DNA from: a virus
Lineage: Duplodnaviria > Caudoviricetes
DNA length: 61,729 bases
Virus record (IMG/VR): IMGVR_UViG_3300043395_000560
Coordinates: 1-61,729 of that record
Direction: 5' to 3' (one strand)
Shown here: positions 53,600 through 61,729 of the stretch, one piece after another
Layout of the letters: every line of letters starts with the position of its first letter
How positions within the stretch are numbered: position 1 is the stretch's first letter
Position numbers and translations under genes: made by a program
The notes under the pieces: generated by a model
The model's database searches: none
What the model was told of the DNA's origin: nothing
Seen by the model: only the letters and a program-made list of their open reading frames with translations

Positions 53600-54337
53600 T
53601 TATTGCGGTGCAGCATCGTCATTTTCTTCAAAAATATCCCCCCGGGGGGTGGGCGTTTTGGAAGAGATGGGGGTGGGTTCCGATATTTGGGGTGGTGGTT
53701 CGTGTGGAGTACTATGTATGTCAGAGCCGGAGTCCCATGCTGACGTTTGGGGGTGTACCCCTCCGGTGGGGTCGCCCAGGCTGGCATCGTCAACCCCTCC
53801 CACCAGCTCGGTCAGTAGCGCGGTCGCATCAACGTCCTGCACATCACTAGCTTGCATGGTTATGGTTCGCAGCTGATCTAGTATCTGCGCTCTGATCTCG
53901 CCGCTGTCCTTGACGTGTTCGACGCGCTTCGTTTCGCGGAAGGCATCGACCCCGACCAGCTGCCCGATGCTACGCACAGCCTGAATACGCGCGCTGTCTT
54001 TGCTGTCTGGATTTGTGGCTATTTCAGCCAGTGTTGAGATGACAATAGAGTGCAAGCCAGCTGCAGAATGTAGCGCAGCCAGTTCATTAGCCCGTTCTAT
54101 CCGTTCTATTTCCGATTTGATTCTGGCATCGGCCTTGAGCCTACTTGCCATATCTCCCACCGCTTTAGGCTTTGCTTTGCTGTTATATGCGATACGCAGA
54201 CTATCAGCCCCCGTATGACCTAATGCCACCGCTTCGGCGAACTTGCGCATTTTGGGTGTTAGCGTACCTTTTTTGATACGCATTGCCCCTTCTATTCCTT
54301 TTGCCTTTATTGCTTGGTGTATAGCTTTGCGGTTCAT
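53600..54337 (-). CDS. Terminase small subunit-like protein
   Basis: LTPKMRKFAEAVA...AY...ASRL...SARIQAVRSIG; upstream of terL; start may be 54382. Confidence 0.65.
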   Translation of the reverse strand: MNRKAIHQAIKAKGIEGAMRIKKGTLTPKMRKFAEAVALGHTGADSLRIAYNSKAKPKAVGDMASRLKADARIKSEIERIERANELAALHSAAGLHSIVISTLAEIATNPDSKDSARIQAVRSIGQLVGVDAFRETKRVEHVKDSGEIRAQILDQLRTITMQASDVQDVDATALLTELVGGVDDASLGDPTGGVHPQTSAWDSGSDIHSTPHEPPPQISEPTPISSKTPTPRGDIFEENDDAAPQ

Positions 54338-54521
54338 ATTGGCCTGATGTTCGCTGCGCTCACTTGCCCGCCCGCCGGACAATCACGCGCCCGAAGATAC
54401 CGGAACAAAACCGGAAAATCAACAATAGCCTGAATCTATCGCCGCAAGCCTGGCAATAGCAGTGCTATCAATACCGCGAAAATGATAGAAATATATCATT
54501 GACAAAATATACTGTTACCCC

Positions 54522-54550
54522 TTGACATAGTATATTGATGCACCTATAAC
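54522..54550 (+). promoter_or_regulatory. Sigma70 promoter for the early cassette array
   Basis: TTGACA-17 nt-TATAAC in an AT-rich intergenic region. Confidence 0.65.
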
Positions 54551-54595
54551 GTCACCTGTAGCACCGATCAACGAATAACCCTCTGAGGTGAACCA

Positions 54596-54973
54596 ATGAA
54601 CGATTACACCGCATACGCTGTATCTGACCTGTACACAGCTGGCCGTTCTTGCGATGGGCAGCCTTTTATCGCTGAACAATTTTATGTGCTGATTGAAAAC
54701 ACTCGCGGCACTCGCTTTCGCCATGTTTCCACTTGGAACGGTACAGAGAGTGTTATCTGTTCCGATACAGGCGATACGCACTTTCCCGACCTAACCGATC
54801 AGGCACTCGCCAAAGCAACACGACTCGCCGAGCGCGTTAATGCCGCTTTCGCCGCTGGCAACGGTATTGATTGGGCGTACTGGTACGAAATTGATCCGGC
54901 ATATGGGTCTGACGAGTATCAATCGCAAGGTATTGAAGCACAACGCGCGTTTGCAGAGCGCGCAGAAGCCTGA
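54596..54973 (+). CDS. Hypothetical early protein
   Basis: GAGGT RBS; first gene after the promoter. Confidence 0.7.
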   Translation: MNDYTAYAVSDLYTAGRSCDGQPFIAEQFYVLIENTRGTRFRHVSTWNGTESVICSDTGDTHFPDLTDQALAKATRLAERVNAAFAAGNGIDWAYWYEIDPAYGSDEYQSQGIEAQRAFAERAEA

Positions 54974-55011
54974 TAACCCGACCCGCCCGCCCAGGCGGGC
55001 ATTTTCTGGAG
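54974..55011 (+). repeat. 38-bp intergenic hairpin repeat, copy 1
   Basis: TAACCCGACCC-GCCCGC-CCAG-GCGGGC-ATTTTCTGGAG; second copy at 55612-55649. Confidence 0.85.
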
Positions 55012-55020
55012 ATACTAACC

Positions 55021-55272
55021 ATGACATACCGCTTTATAACCGACCCTGGGCATGGCTGGCTTGAAGTGCCACGCGCTGAGCTTGACGCGCTTGGAATCCG
55101 CCACTCAATCAGCGAATACTCATATCAACGCGATGAGATGGTCTATCTGGAGGAGGACTGCGACTTCGCCCGCTTTGCAGCCGCTAAAGCCGCGCGCGCC
55201 GAGCCTGTGAAGTACACCGAGCTGTACCAGGAAAACACTTTTGTTCGCAACCTGCCACGCTTTCAACCATAA
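55021..55272 (+). CDS. Hypothetical early protein (DPGHGWL...YLEEDCD)
   Basis: GGAG RBS; conserved-looking motifs. Confidence 0.7.
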   Translation: MTYRFITDPGHGWLEVPRAELDALGIRHSISEYSYQRDEMVYLEEDCDFARFAAAKAARAEPVKYTELYQENTFVRNLPRFQP

Positions 55273-55284
55273 GGAAACCGACCA

Positions 55285-55614
55285 ATGAAAGACTATCTCA
55301 CTATCGGAACTGTGCCGACCGACGAGGACTGCACCCAAACTGAGCCGACCGGACAGTATGCGACCGCGCAGCGCCGTGAAGCACGACTATTCGCCGACCA
55401 AGTGCGCCGCTACTATCCCGAACCCGATGCAGGTTATATGACCGTTAAATCATTCCCGCACGACTTCGGCAACTACTACGAAGCTTGCGCCGTTTTTGAT
55501 GATGAGAATGAAGCTGCTATTGACTGGGCATATACCGTAGAAGCTGACCCGCTTGGTGTACTGCGCGAATGGGATCAAGTTGCCCGCGCCGAGCTTGGAT
55601 TACAAACCACCTAA
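55285..55614 (+). CDS. Hypothetical early protein
   Basis: AAGGA RBS; FPHDFGNYYE motif. Confidence 0.7.
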   Translation: MKDYLTIGTVPTDEDCTQTEPTGQYATAQRREARLFADQVRRYYPEPDAGYMTVKSFPHDFGNYYEACAVFDDENEAAIDWAYTVEADPLGVLREWDQVARAELGLQTT

Positions 55615-55649
55615 CCCGACCCGCCCGCTTCGGCGGGCATTTTCTGGAG
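55612..55649 (+). repeat. 38-bp intergenic hairpin repeat, copy 2
   Basis: Same as 54974-55011 except for a TTCG loop. Confidence 0.85.
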
Positions 55650-55749
55650 TTTAGACCATGCAAACCATCGCCGAGATCATCGCTGGCATTATTGGCTTTT
55701 TAATAATGTGGGCTTTTCTTTTTGTTTTGCTTTCATTCTGAGGATGACC

Positions 55750-55908
55750 ATGACACGCGAACAATTAATTAATCTGTACCTAATTTGGGTGAATGATTTT
55801 GTAACTATTGGCGGATTTGCCGATTACTACGGGCTGCACGATTCCGAGGCCGAGATGCTGTTATCAGTTGCCCGCAGCGCATACGAAAACCCGCACCCAG
55901 AAGCATAA
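55750..55908 (+). CDS. Hypothetical early protein
   Basis: GAGG RBS; MTREQLINLYLIWVNDF. Confidence 0.55.
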   Translation: MTREQLINLYLIWVNDFVTIGGFADYYGLHDSEAEMLLSVARSAYENPHPEA

Positions 55909-55919
55909 CGAGGCCGAAC

Positions 55920-56102
55920 ATGAAAACATACCGCGATTACTCACACCTGCCCGCACACGCCGCCTACATCGGCGGCAGCTATCCCGATGGCAGCATCGAC
56001 CTGTCAACACTCGACGCGCTTGATGATGCGCTTGCGCCCGTGTGCCTGATCGAATCAGACGGAACGCGCCATTATTTTGACATCGCTATTTATTTGGATT
56101 GA
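55920..56102 (+). CDS. Hypothetical early protein
   Basis: GAGG RBS; tiles with neighbours. Confidence 0.6.
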   Translation: MKTYRDYSHLPAHAAYIGGSYPDGSIDLSTLDALDDALAPVCLIESDGTRHYFDIAIYLD

Positions 56103-56112
56103 AAGGCCGATT

Positions 56113-56304
56113 ATGCGAACCGCCGCCGAAACCGCCACGCTATTGATCGCGCAGCTTGGCGATGCCAACGCCTACCGCCGCGCAAGCGACCATTATCAGG
56201 GTTATGACAACCGCGCCCATCCTGGCGCGAAGTACTGGCACAAAGTAATGGAACTTATCCGCAGCACCGACCGCAGTCGCGGTCAGCAACCCCTCGACCT
56301 ATAA
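56113..56304 (+). CDS. Hypothetical early protein
   Basis: AAGG RBS; MRTAAETA. Confidence 0.55.
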   Translation: MRTAAETATLLIAQLGDANAYRRASDHYQGYDNRAHPGAKYWHKVMELIRSTDRSRGQQPLDL

Positions 56305-56316
56305 AGGAAACCGACC

Positions 56317-56610
56317 ATGCAATACTCACTCGACCGCGCTATCCATGACGCTAAATTTTCGAACGGCCAGCACACGCTCACCGACGAACAACAAGCCGCC
56401 ATCTTTCAAATGCTTGCGACCCGATGCCGCAGCGCGACCAAAGCAAAACTAGGCCGCCGCCTTGAAATGCCGCTATCGCTTTGGCCATCCTATGGCATTT
56501 TTTCCCGCCTGATACTGCGCGACGATCAGACTGGCCGACCCTATTACATCACCGGCCAAGATTGGAACGTCGAACGCGCCACCCTGCGCGACCTGATTCT
56601 GAAAGGTTAA
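56317..56610 (+). CDS. Hypothetical early protein
   Basis: AAGGA RBS within a repeated linker. Confidence 0.65.
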   Translation: MQYSLDRAIHDAKFSNGQHTLTDEQQAAIFQMLATRCRSATKAKLGRRLEMPLSLWPSYGIFSRLILRDDQTGRPYYITGQDWNVERATLRDLILKG

Positions 56611-56614
56611 TAAA

Positions 56615-56812
56615 ATGAAAATCACTATCCGCGCCGACAAAAATTACGGACTGATAACCTACTACCCAGCCTGCGACCGCGCAAAAATATTTGCCAAGAT
56701 CGCCGGAACCAAAACCCTTACGACCCACGCCCTGCGCGATATCGCCGCGCTGGGTGTTGAGATTGAGATCGAGCAGACTGCCCCGCGCACGTTCACCCAC
56801 GCCGCCGCTTAG
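56615..56812 (+). CDS. Hypothetical early protein
   Basis: YG...YYPAC..AKIFA.IAGTKTLT motif. Confidence 0.7.
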   Translation: MKITIRADKNYGLITYYPACDRAKIFAKIAGTKTLTTHALRDIAALGVEIEIEQTAPRTFTHAAA

Positions 56813-56824
56813 GAGATCAGACCG

Positions 56825-57109
56825 ATGAAAAACTTTTCAATTGCACCCTGGAAAGCCGCTTATTCCTACTCGCACGAATATGTCCGCGACATTAAAGACG
56901 CGCAAGGGGAAATCATCGCCCAGGTTTGCGACCTAGAAAAAGAATCAGACGAAAGCACCGCCAACGCCCGACTCATCGCCGCCGCGCCGGACTTGCTCGA
57001 CGCGCTGCGAGGGATGCTCGAATACTTCTGCGAGAACGGACACGACGATTATTCCGACACCGAAACCGTACAAGCAGCGCGCGCAGCAATAGCCAAAGCC
57101 ACCAACTAG
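56825..57109 (+). CDS. Hypothetical early protein (ANARLIAAAPDLL type)
   Basis: PW...ANARLIAAAPDLLDAL...ARAAIAKAT motif. Confidence 0.75.
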   Translation: MKNFSIAPWKAAYSYSHEYVRDIKDAQGEIIAQVCDLEKESDESTANARLIAAAPDLLDALRGMLEYFCENGHDDYSDTETVQAARAAIAKATN

Positions 57110-57120
57110 GAGATCAGACG

Positions 57121-57369
57121 ATGAACACACTACGCGAAACCGCAGAAAATTTTGCCCTGAATCAATGGTTATCAGACGCGCCATGCCACCTGACATATCA
57201 GGAAATAATTAGCCAACTTCGGTCAGAAGAATATCTCGAAGGTGATGACATTGTTGTTTGGGAGCCGATAGAAGATTACTCCGGCGAATGGATTGCCGAC
57301 ACGATTGAAGATACGCGCTGCGCTTTTGAACGCTCCGCTGCGCGGGTCAAAGTTGTTGCAATACTATGA
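57121..57369 (+). CDS. Hypothetical acidic early protein
   Basis: Linker RBS plus ATG. Confidence 0.65.
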   Translation: MNTLRETAENFALNQWLSDAPCHLTYQEIISQLRSEEYLEGDDIVVWEPIEDYSGEWIADTIEDTRCAFERSAARVKVVAIL

Positions 57370-57388
57370 ACTAACAGGAGATCAGACG

Positions 57389-57559
57389 ATGATATTGGAT
57401 GCCTATGTTATCGAAAATGAAAACGATAATTCTTTGCTTTGGTCTAACGCATGGGGTTGGACAGATGGCGATGACTTTGATGTTTTTTCATTTGACGAGA
57501 AAGAGGATTTTCAACTGCCCGTAGAAGGCAAATGGATGCAGTTAATTGTTACTGCCTAA
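57389..57559 (+). CDS. Hypothetical acidic early protein
   Basis: Linker RBS plus ATG; WSNAWGW. Confidence 0.65.
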   Translation: MILDAYVIENENDNSLLWSNAWGWTDGDDFDVFSFDEKEDFQLPVEGKWMQLIVTA

Positions 57560-57573
57560 CAGGAGATCAGACG

Positions 57574-57741
57574 ATGAACTTATACCGCTTCGAATGTACC
57601 GTATGGGTCAGAGGTAACACCCTTGAAGAAGCCCAAAAAGAACTGCACGACGAAGTGCAATACCACTTTGGGCAAGATAACAACTTGGTCGCGCTCGACA
57701 GTAACGAGGGTGAGCTAGCCGAAGATGACACCGATTTATAG
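57574..57741 (+). CDS. Hypothetical acidic early protein
   Basis: Linker RBS plus ATG. Confidence 0.65.
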   Translation: MNLYRFECTVWVRGNTLEEAQKELHDEVQYHFGQDNNLVALDSNEGELAEDDTDL

Positions 57742-57752
57742 GAGATCAGACG

Positions 57753-58109
57753 ATGAAAACAGCAGAACTAACAGGCGCAGCCCTTGACTGGGCGATAGCG
57801 AAGTGTGAATTCAGCGGGTGCGAAGATTGGAATGGCACTTTAGCTGGCATTGATGCGGTGTCCGACATGGAGGGCAAAGCGTTTTCCCCCTCAACCGACT
57901 GGGCGCAGGGCGGGACAATCATTGAGCGCGAAGGTATGCAACTGTGGAGGGGCGGCGAGTGGTGCGCGTCACTAGATCAATCGTTCAACCCGCCAGACTT
58001 TCAGACAGGCACAACCCCACTTATTGCGGCCATGCGCTGCTACGTTGCAAGCAAACTAGGTGATGACGTAGAACTACCGGAAGAACTGCTATCCTGCGCC
58101 CATGACTAG
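57753..58109 (+). CDS. NinX/DUF2591-like protein
   Basis: KTAELTGAALDWA...PSTDWAQGG.IIERE...TPLIAAMRCYVASKLG. Confidence 0.75.
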   Translation: MKTAELTGAALDWAIAKCEFSGCEDWNGTLAGIDAVSDMEGKAFSPSTDWAQGGTIIEREGMQLWRGGEWCASLDQSFNPPDFQTGTTPLIAAMRCYVASKLGDDVELPEELLSCAHD

Positions 58110-58302
58110 CCAAATGATGTTTACCCTTCACCTGATCGAAGATTCAGACGGTCAGGTGAGGGTTGTTTCCGACTGGTCTGGAGAAGGGCAGAGATGTCTT
58201 GCGCTTGGCATTGAGATTATGCAAAGTCTGCGAGATATCCAGCCCTTCACCAATGGCGAGCTGTCATTTGTGCTGCCAACTCGCACCGACATCGAGCATT
58301 AA
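58102..58302 (+). CDS. Hypothetical protein
   Basis: Last gene of the rightward array; converges on the primase. Confidence 0.55.
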   Translation: MTSQMMFTLHLIEDSDGQVRVVSDWSGEGQRCLALGIEIMQSLRDIQPFTNGELSFVLPTRTDIEH

Positions 58303-59115
58303 TTGGGTCAGGCTTTGTGATAGCGCAAACAATCCGCGCCGCTGGTGATAGTCGTTGGCATCCTCACCGACAAGATCAGACAACCAGAACGGCCAGCCTA
58401 TTTCCCGCGCCGCCTGTTGCCCTGTGCCAGATTCATCATTGTCTGCAATGACAATCCCGCGCTCTAGTCCACCGGCAACCCGAACCATATTGCCCGCAGA
58501 AAAACAAACGTGCAGACAATAACGCTGCTTCAATTGCTTCAGCGCAGCCCGCACCGAAAGCGCAGTCGCGTACCCTTCGCACACAATGTTGATACCCTTG
58601 TTATCAAAGGTGAAGGTTGCGCCCGCTGTCCGCTGTCCGTACAAAAACTTTTTCGTACCTTCTGCATCTATCTGCTGCACCCCTACCAGGCTGCCGCCCA
58701 CTCGCATGGGGATCAGAAGGATAGGCTGCCCGCCCTGAAAACAAACGTGCGCCTGTTCATCTGGGAACCCCTTTTTCACAAGGTATGGATGCGATTGGGT
58801 CATGCTTTGATTCAGCATGTCCACTGCCCGCCGCACCGCATCTCGCTGCTTCTTGCGAGCATCTTCTTCTGCTTGCTTCTGTCTTATTGCCAGCTCTCTA
58901 GCTGATGGGAGATCAGACGGACGCGAGTCAGGCTTCCAGATGCTAACCACTGTAGATGTTGCGTGATTCTGTACGAACCCATGATCGCCCATATATTTCA
59001 CTGCTCCATTCCGGCTGCGAGGATGATCCTCTGTTGGGTAACGCTTCCACTGTCCGAACGGTGGATGCTCTGAGATAAGGATGCCATGCGACTTGCAAAA
59101 GTTTATGAAGTCCAC
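58264..59115 (-). CDS. Toprim-domain primase-like protein
   Basis: HPYLVKKG, LLIPM, QQID..G.KKFL, VCEGYATALS, FSAGN, IADND; AGGAGG before GTG 59115. Confidence 0.85.
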   Translation of the reverse strand: MDFINFCKSHGILISEHPPFGQWKRYPTEDHPRSRNGAVKYMGDHGFVQNHATSTVVSIWKPDSRPSDLPSARELAIRQKQAEEDARKKQRDAVRRAVDMLNQSMTQSHPYLVKKGFPDEQAHVCFQGGQPILLIPMRVGGSLVGVQQIDAEGTKKFLYGQRTAGATFTFDNKGINIVCEGYATALSVRAALKQLKQRYCLHVCFSAGNMVRVAGGLERGIVIADNDESGTGQQAAREIGWPFWLSDLVGEDANDYHQRRGLFALSQSLTQLMLDVGASWQHK

Positions 59116-59282
59116 GGATCCTCCTTTATTTTGTAGTGATGGCTGAATGTAAAGACGTTCTGCCATGTAGCGCGACAGTCCGAACACTCCATATCCGATT
59201 TAACTTTGTTCTTCTCGTGATAGCTATTGGTCTGCGTGATGTTCCGCTGTTTGCAGATCGGGCATCTGTCCACTCGCTCCAT
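59103..59282 (-). CDS. Small zinc-ribbon protein (59 aa)
   Basis: MERVDRCPICK...MECSDC; fills the helicase-primase gap with TAATG coupling. Confidence 0.55.
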   Translation of the reverse strand: MERVDRCPICKQRNITQTNSYHEKNKVKSDMECSDCRATWQNVFTFSHHYKIKEDPWTS

Positions 59283-60778
59283 TATCTCCGTCCTATCGTT
59301 TTAAGAAACTGTCTTAGTTTTTTATCCACTAACCGCTGAGTTTCCATCGTCGGCATCACAGGCTTGTTGTCATCTAGTCCACGCGGCCAGACTCCGAACT
59401 GTTCTCGGTAGGTGTGTGCTGCGCGTCCGCTTGACCATCCTTTGTATCGCTGATACCAGACCATTTGGTTCCAAAAGTGCTGCTTCGAGGATCGACTGAC
59501 TCCAGCGCCAGCAATAAGTTCTTCCATCTTTCCATCAGTTGTGCGTACTGCATTGACCCTTTCCCTCACATGACCACAGTTAATACACTTGTCCTCACCT
59601 ACTACCCACAATGCGTGACAGGCCGGACACTTACTGTCCTTCTTCTTGCGCTCAGACGGTTCCGGCTTTGGCTTCTCCCTGCCGTCATCTAATCTGCGTA
59701 CACCATTCTCAAAGACATCATCCCAATCTTCTTGGAATCTGAGATAGTTGCCGCTGTGATCCAGCCAAACAGCGAATGGTTTGTCTGCCGGATTATTTAG
59801 ATTCGCCCGCATCACACGACCCATCTGCTGAATGTGTGATGACAGACTCTTGCTGAATGGCCGCGCAGATATGCCGATCATTACATCCGGCACATCGAAT
59901 CCTTTGGTCAGGATGTCAGTTGCGATCAGGCCATGAATCTTGGTATCTGCCCGACTGAAATCTTCAATGATGTCGCGCTTCCAATCGTCATCATCCTTGT
60001 AGCTGACGCACACAAAGTTATAACCTGCGTCCGCAAACTTCCGTGACAGATCCACGCCGTGATCGACACCTGCACAGAACACGATGGTCTTGCGTGGCGC
60101 ACCAAATATCTCATGCGTCTTCTTGATCCACTCTGCCACTACATCGCCGGTGATCTTGATGCCGCGCTCAGTTGCATCTGCCTGCGACCACTCGCCCGCA
60201 ACCTTCGTCGCGCCAGACATATCAATCTCTTTGGCGATGAATACACGCAGCGGTACTAGCAGTTGCTCACCCACCAAATGCTTAGTCGTGACAGGACTAA
60301 CCACATTGTCATAGACCTTGCCTAAACCTTTGGTAAATGGTGTAGCAGTCAGACCTATGACACGGATGTGCGGGTTGGCTTTGATGAAATCGACTGTTGC
60401 CTTGCGCGTTTGATGCGCTTCATCAATGATGAGAAGATCCAGATCGGGAAACTCCCCGCGCTTCTCTAGCGTTTGGGCAGAACAAACCTGGATGTTTTCA
60501 TACGGGCGATACCGCCAGTGTCCTGATTGCAGTACACCGTGATCGATACCGTACTTCTCTAGTCGCTTGCTGGTTTGGTTGCACAAGACTATGCGGTCAA
60601 GAATCATGGCCGCCTTGTTACCCTTCTCCTTGACAGCCTTCATCAGTGCAATTGCCATCTCAGTCTTGCCAGATCCCGTGGGACTGACCAATACCTGCGA
60701 CCTTTTCCCTGATGCAAACCCTACTCTCAGCTGTTCAATTGCGTCTTCTTGATATGATCGCAACTCTAAGTTATACAT
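59282..60778 (-). CDS. Superfamily II (DEAH-box) helicase
   Basis: PTGSGKT, IIDEAH, GLTATP, LTKGFD, QQMGRVMR, C-terminal CxxC...CxxC. Confidence 0.93.
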   Translation of the reverse strand: MYNLELRSYQEDAIEQLRVGFASGKRSQVLVSPTGSGKTEMAIALMKAVKEKGNKAAMILDRIVLCNQTSKRLEKYGIDHGVLQSGHWRYRPYENIQVCSAQTLEKRGEFPDLDLLIIDEAHQTRKATVDFIKANPHIRVIGLTATPFTKGLGKVYDNVVSPVTTKHLVGEQLLVPLRVFIAKEIDMSGATKVAGEWSQADATERGIKITGDVVAEWIKKTHEIFGAPRKTIVFCAGVDHGVDLSRKFADAGYNFVCVSYKDDDDWKRDIIEDFSRADTKIHGLIATDILTKGFDVPDVMIGISARPFSKSLSSHIQQMGRVMRANLNNPADKPFAVWLDHSGNYLRFQEDWDDVFENGVRRLDDGREKPKPEPSERKKKDSKCPACHALWVVGEDKCINCGHVRERVNAVRTTDGKMEELIAGAGVSRSSKQHFWNQMVWYQRYKGWSSGRAAHTYREQFGVWPRGLDDNKPVMPTMETQRLVDKKLRQFLKTIGRR

Positions 60779-61265
60779 GTTTGAACCTCACTCTCCGTAC
60801 GATTTTAGATATTGATTGCCGAGCAACCCCGTATCTGTTGGCTAACTCTTTCTGAGTTTTGCCTTGATCGTAAAGCGAGCGAATTTCCAACACCTGCTGT
60901 TCATTTAACTTCGCGCCAGGATGAACAGAACCAACAACGTGTTTGTTGCGTGGAGGAGGACTGTTGCGCCTCTTCCTTAGCATGTCATTTACATTGTCTT
61001 GATTTGTTCCAAGAAATAAATGGTCTGGATTGCAACAAGATGGAACATCGCAGCTGTGGCATACAAACAACCCTTGCGGAATCTCACCTTTAAAATGTTT
61101 GTACGTAATGCGATGCGCCCTATCAACCGGCATACCGCGCCTGCCAGTTCCTATCATTCCGTAACCCCAATGGTTTACGGCGCCCATAAAAATCCAACAC
61201 CCTGAAAAGGGAATGGGAATTACCTTATCAAGCACGCGCTCAATAGTTGGTTTTAACTTTGACAT
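60771..61265 (-). CDS. HNH endonuclease with C-terminal HTH
   Basis: GCWIF...AHR...VCHSCDVPSCCNPDHLFLGT..DN..DM; TQKELANRYGV. Confidence 0.88.
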   Translation of the reverse strand: MSKLKPTIERVLDKVIPIPFSGCWIFMGAVNHWGYGMIGTGRRGMPVDRAHRITYKHFKGEIPQGLFVCHSCDVPSCCNPDHLFLGTNQDNVNDMLRKRRNSPPPRNKHVVGSVHPGAKLNEQQVLEIRSLYDQGKTQKELANRYGVARQSISKIVRRVRFKHV

Positions 61266-61306
61266 ACATTCCTCCTCCTCCGGCACACATGCCCGCCGGC
61301 TTGGGC

Positions 61307-61729
61307 TTATTGTTCGAGTTTCTTGAGCTTTTTGGTAAGAGATGCAACCTGCTTCATCAGCTGATTGTTTTCCCTCAAGAGAGAATCACGGGAATCCGTG
61401 ACACCTTTTAATTCTATCTCCAACAATCTGATCTGTGCGCGTAAATCTTTGATGACTGATTCGGCCATGGCTTTGTCGAGTTCATCTGCATCCATCGCGG
61501 CGATCGCCAACTTGTCAGACAGCGCTTCGTTCTCCGACTTCAATAACTCAATCGTTGCCTCTAATTCTTCTTTGAATACCGCTGACTCGTCCGGCTCTTG
61601 AGGTGGATTCGTATCCACATCAGGTTTAGGAGGTGGATTCGTATCCACCTTGGGCTTGTCCTGCGTTAGCTCATTCTTAACAGCAGCGACAAACGTATGA
61701 CTGACGCTGCACAGCTTGGCTATCTCACG
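61307..61729 (-). CDS. ParB-like protein, 3' part (linker plus coiled coil)
   Basis: In frame with the ORF starting at 487 across the circular junction. Confidence 0.85.
   Translation of the reverse strand, partial: REIAKLCSVSHTFVAAVKNELTQDKPKVDTNPPPKPDVDTNPPQEPDESAVFKEELEATIELLKSENEALSDKLAIAAMDADELDKAMAESVIKDLRAQIRLLEIELKGVTDSRDSLLRENNQLMKQVASLTKKLKKLEQ
61603..61729. repeat. Terminal 127-bp direct repeat, right copy
   Basis: Identical to 1-127. Confidence 0.95.

Larger units (their letters stand above)
56811..57755 (+). repeat. Five copies of the intergenic linker AGGAGATCAGAC(C)GATG
   Basis: Copies precede ATGs at 56825, 57121, 57389, 57574 and 57753. Confidence 0.9.

Noticed and set aside
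53520-53617. TGC-rich boxes (GATGCTGCACCGCAATA, GATGCAGCGCACC) as PhaR-like operator sites
   Set aside because: Short and degenerate, inside coding sequence; cannot be supported without a motif scan.
13821-54382. Numerous plus-strand ORFs opposite the structural genes
   Set aside because: Antisense shadows of long minus-strand genes with no RBS or recognisable motifs.
61603-61729. 127-bp terminal repeat as a biological direct terminal repeat
   Set aside because: The length matches an assembler k-mer and it falls mid-gene; best explained as circular overlap.
1-61729. tRNA/rRNA genes, integrase/att site, alternative genetic code
   Set aside because: No cloverleaf or recombinase motifs noticed; genes tile densely under the standard code and TAG, TGA and TAA all serve as stops.

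Overview
The window is a complete, circularly assembled genome of about 61.6 kb from a tailed dsDNA phage. Bases 1-127 are identical to 61603-61729, and a ParB-like gene runs across the junction. The architecture is podovirus-like, with large internal/ejection proteins and no tape measure. A betaproteobacterial host is a guess from gene families. Layout: (i) a leftward replication operon (ParB-like, HNH, SF2 helicase, Toprim primase) headed by an unusual RNA/protein locus at 1018-2198; (ii) a rightward operon at 3116-13835 with a module-shuffled small-gene array, PD-(D/E)XK nuclease, ERF annealase, SSB-like protein, regulators, a methyltransferase and two glycosyltransferase-like genes; (iii) a long leftward morphogenesis/lysis block at 13821-54337; (iv) a rightward early cassette array at 54596-58302. 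No DNA polymerase, RNA polymerase, integrase or tRNA was recognised. The best find is a solitary RAMP/Cas7-like gene (1092-1706, minus strand) embedded in a non-CRISPR array. Five tracts of phased GGY-NN pentamers with variable NN dinucleotides are present; the four upstream ones are separated by three 56-nt hairpin repeats that covary as minus-strand RNA. This is a candidate RNA-guided system with a gapped guide code. Other leads are a family of small late proteins sharing a C-terminal tag (one with an ART-like payload), a DDxxD prenyltransferase-like gene coupled to an ejection protein, and a pseudoknotted leader that covers an RBS. All annotations come from motif recognition by eye; no searches were run.
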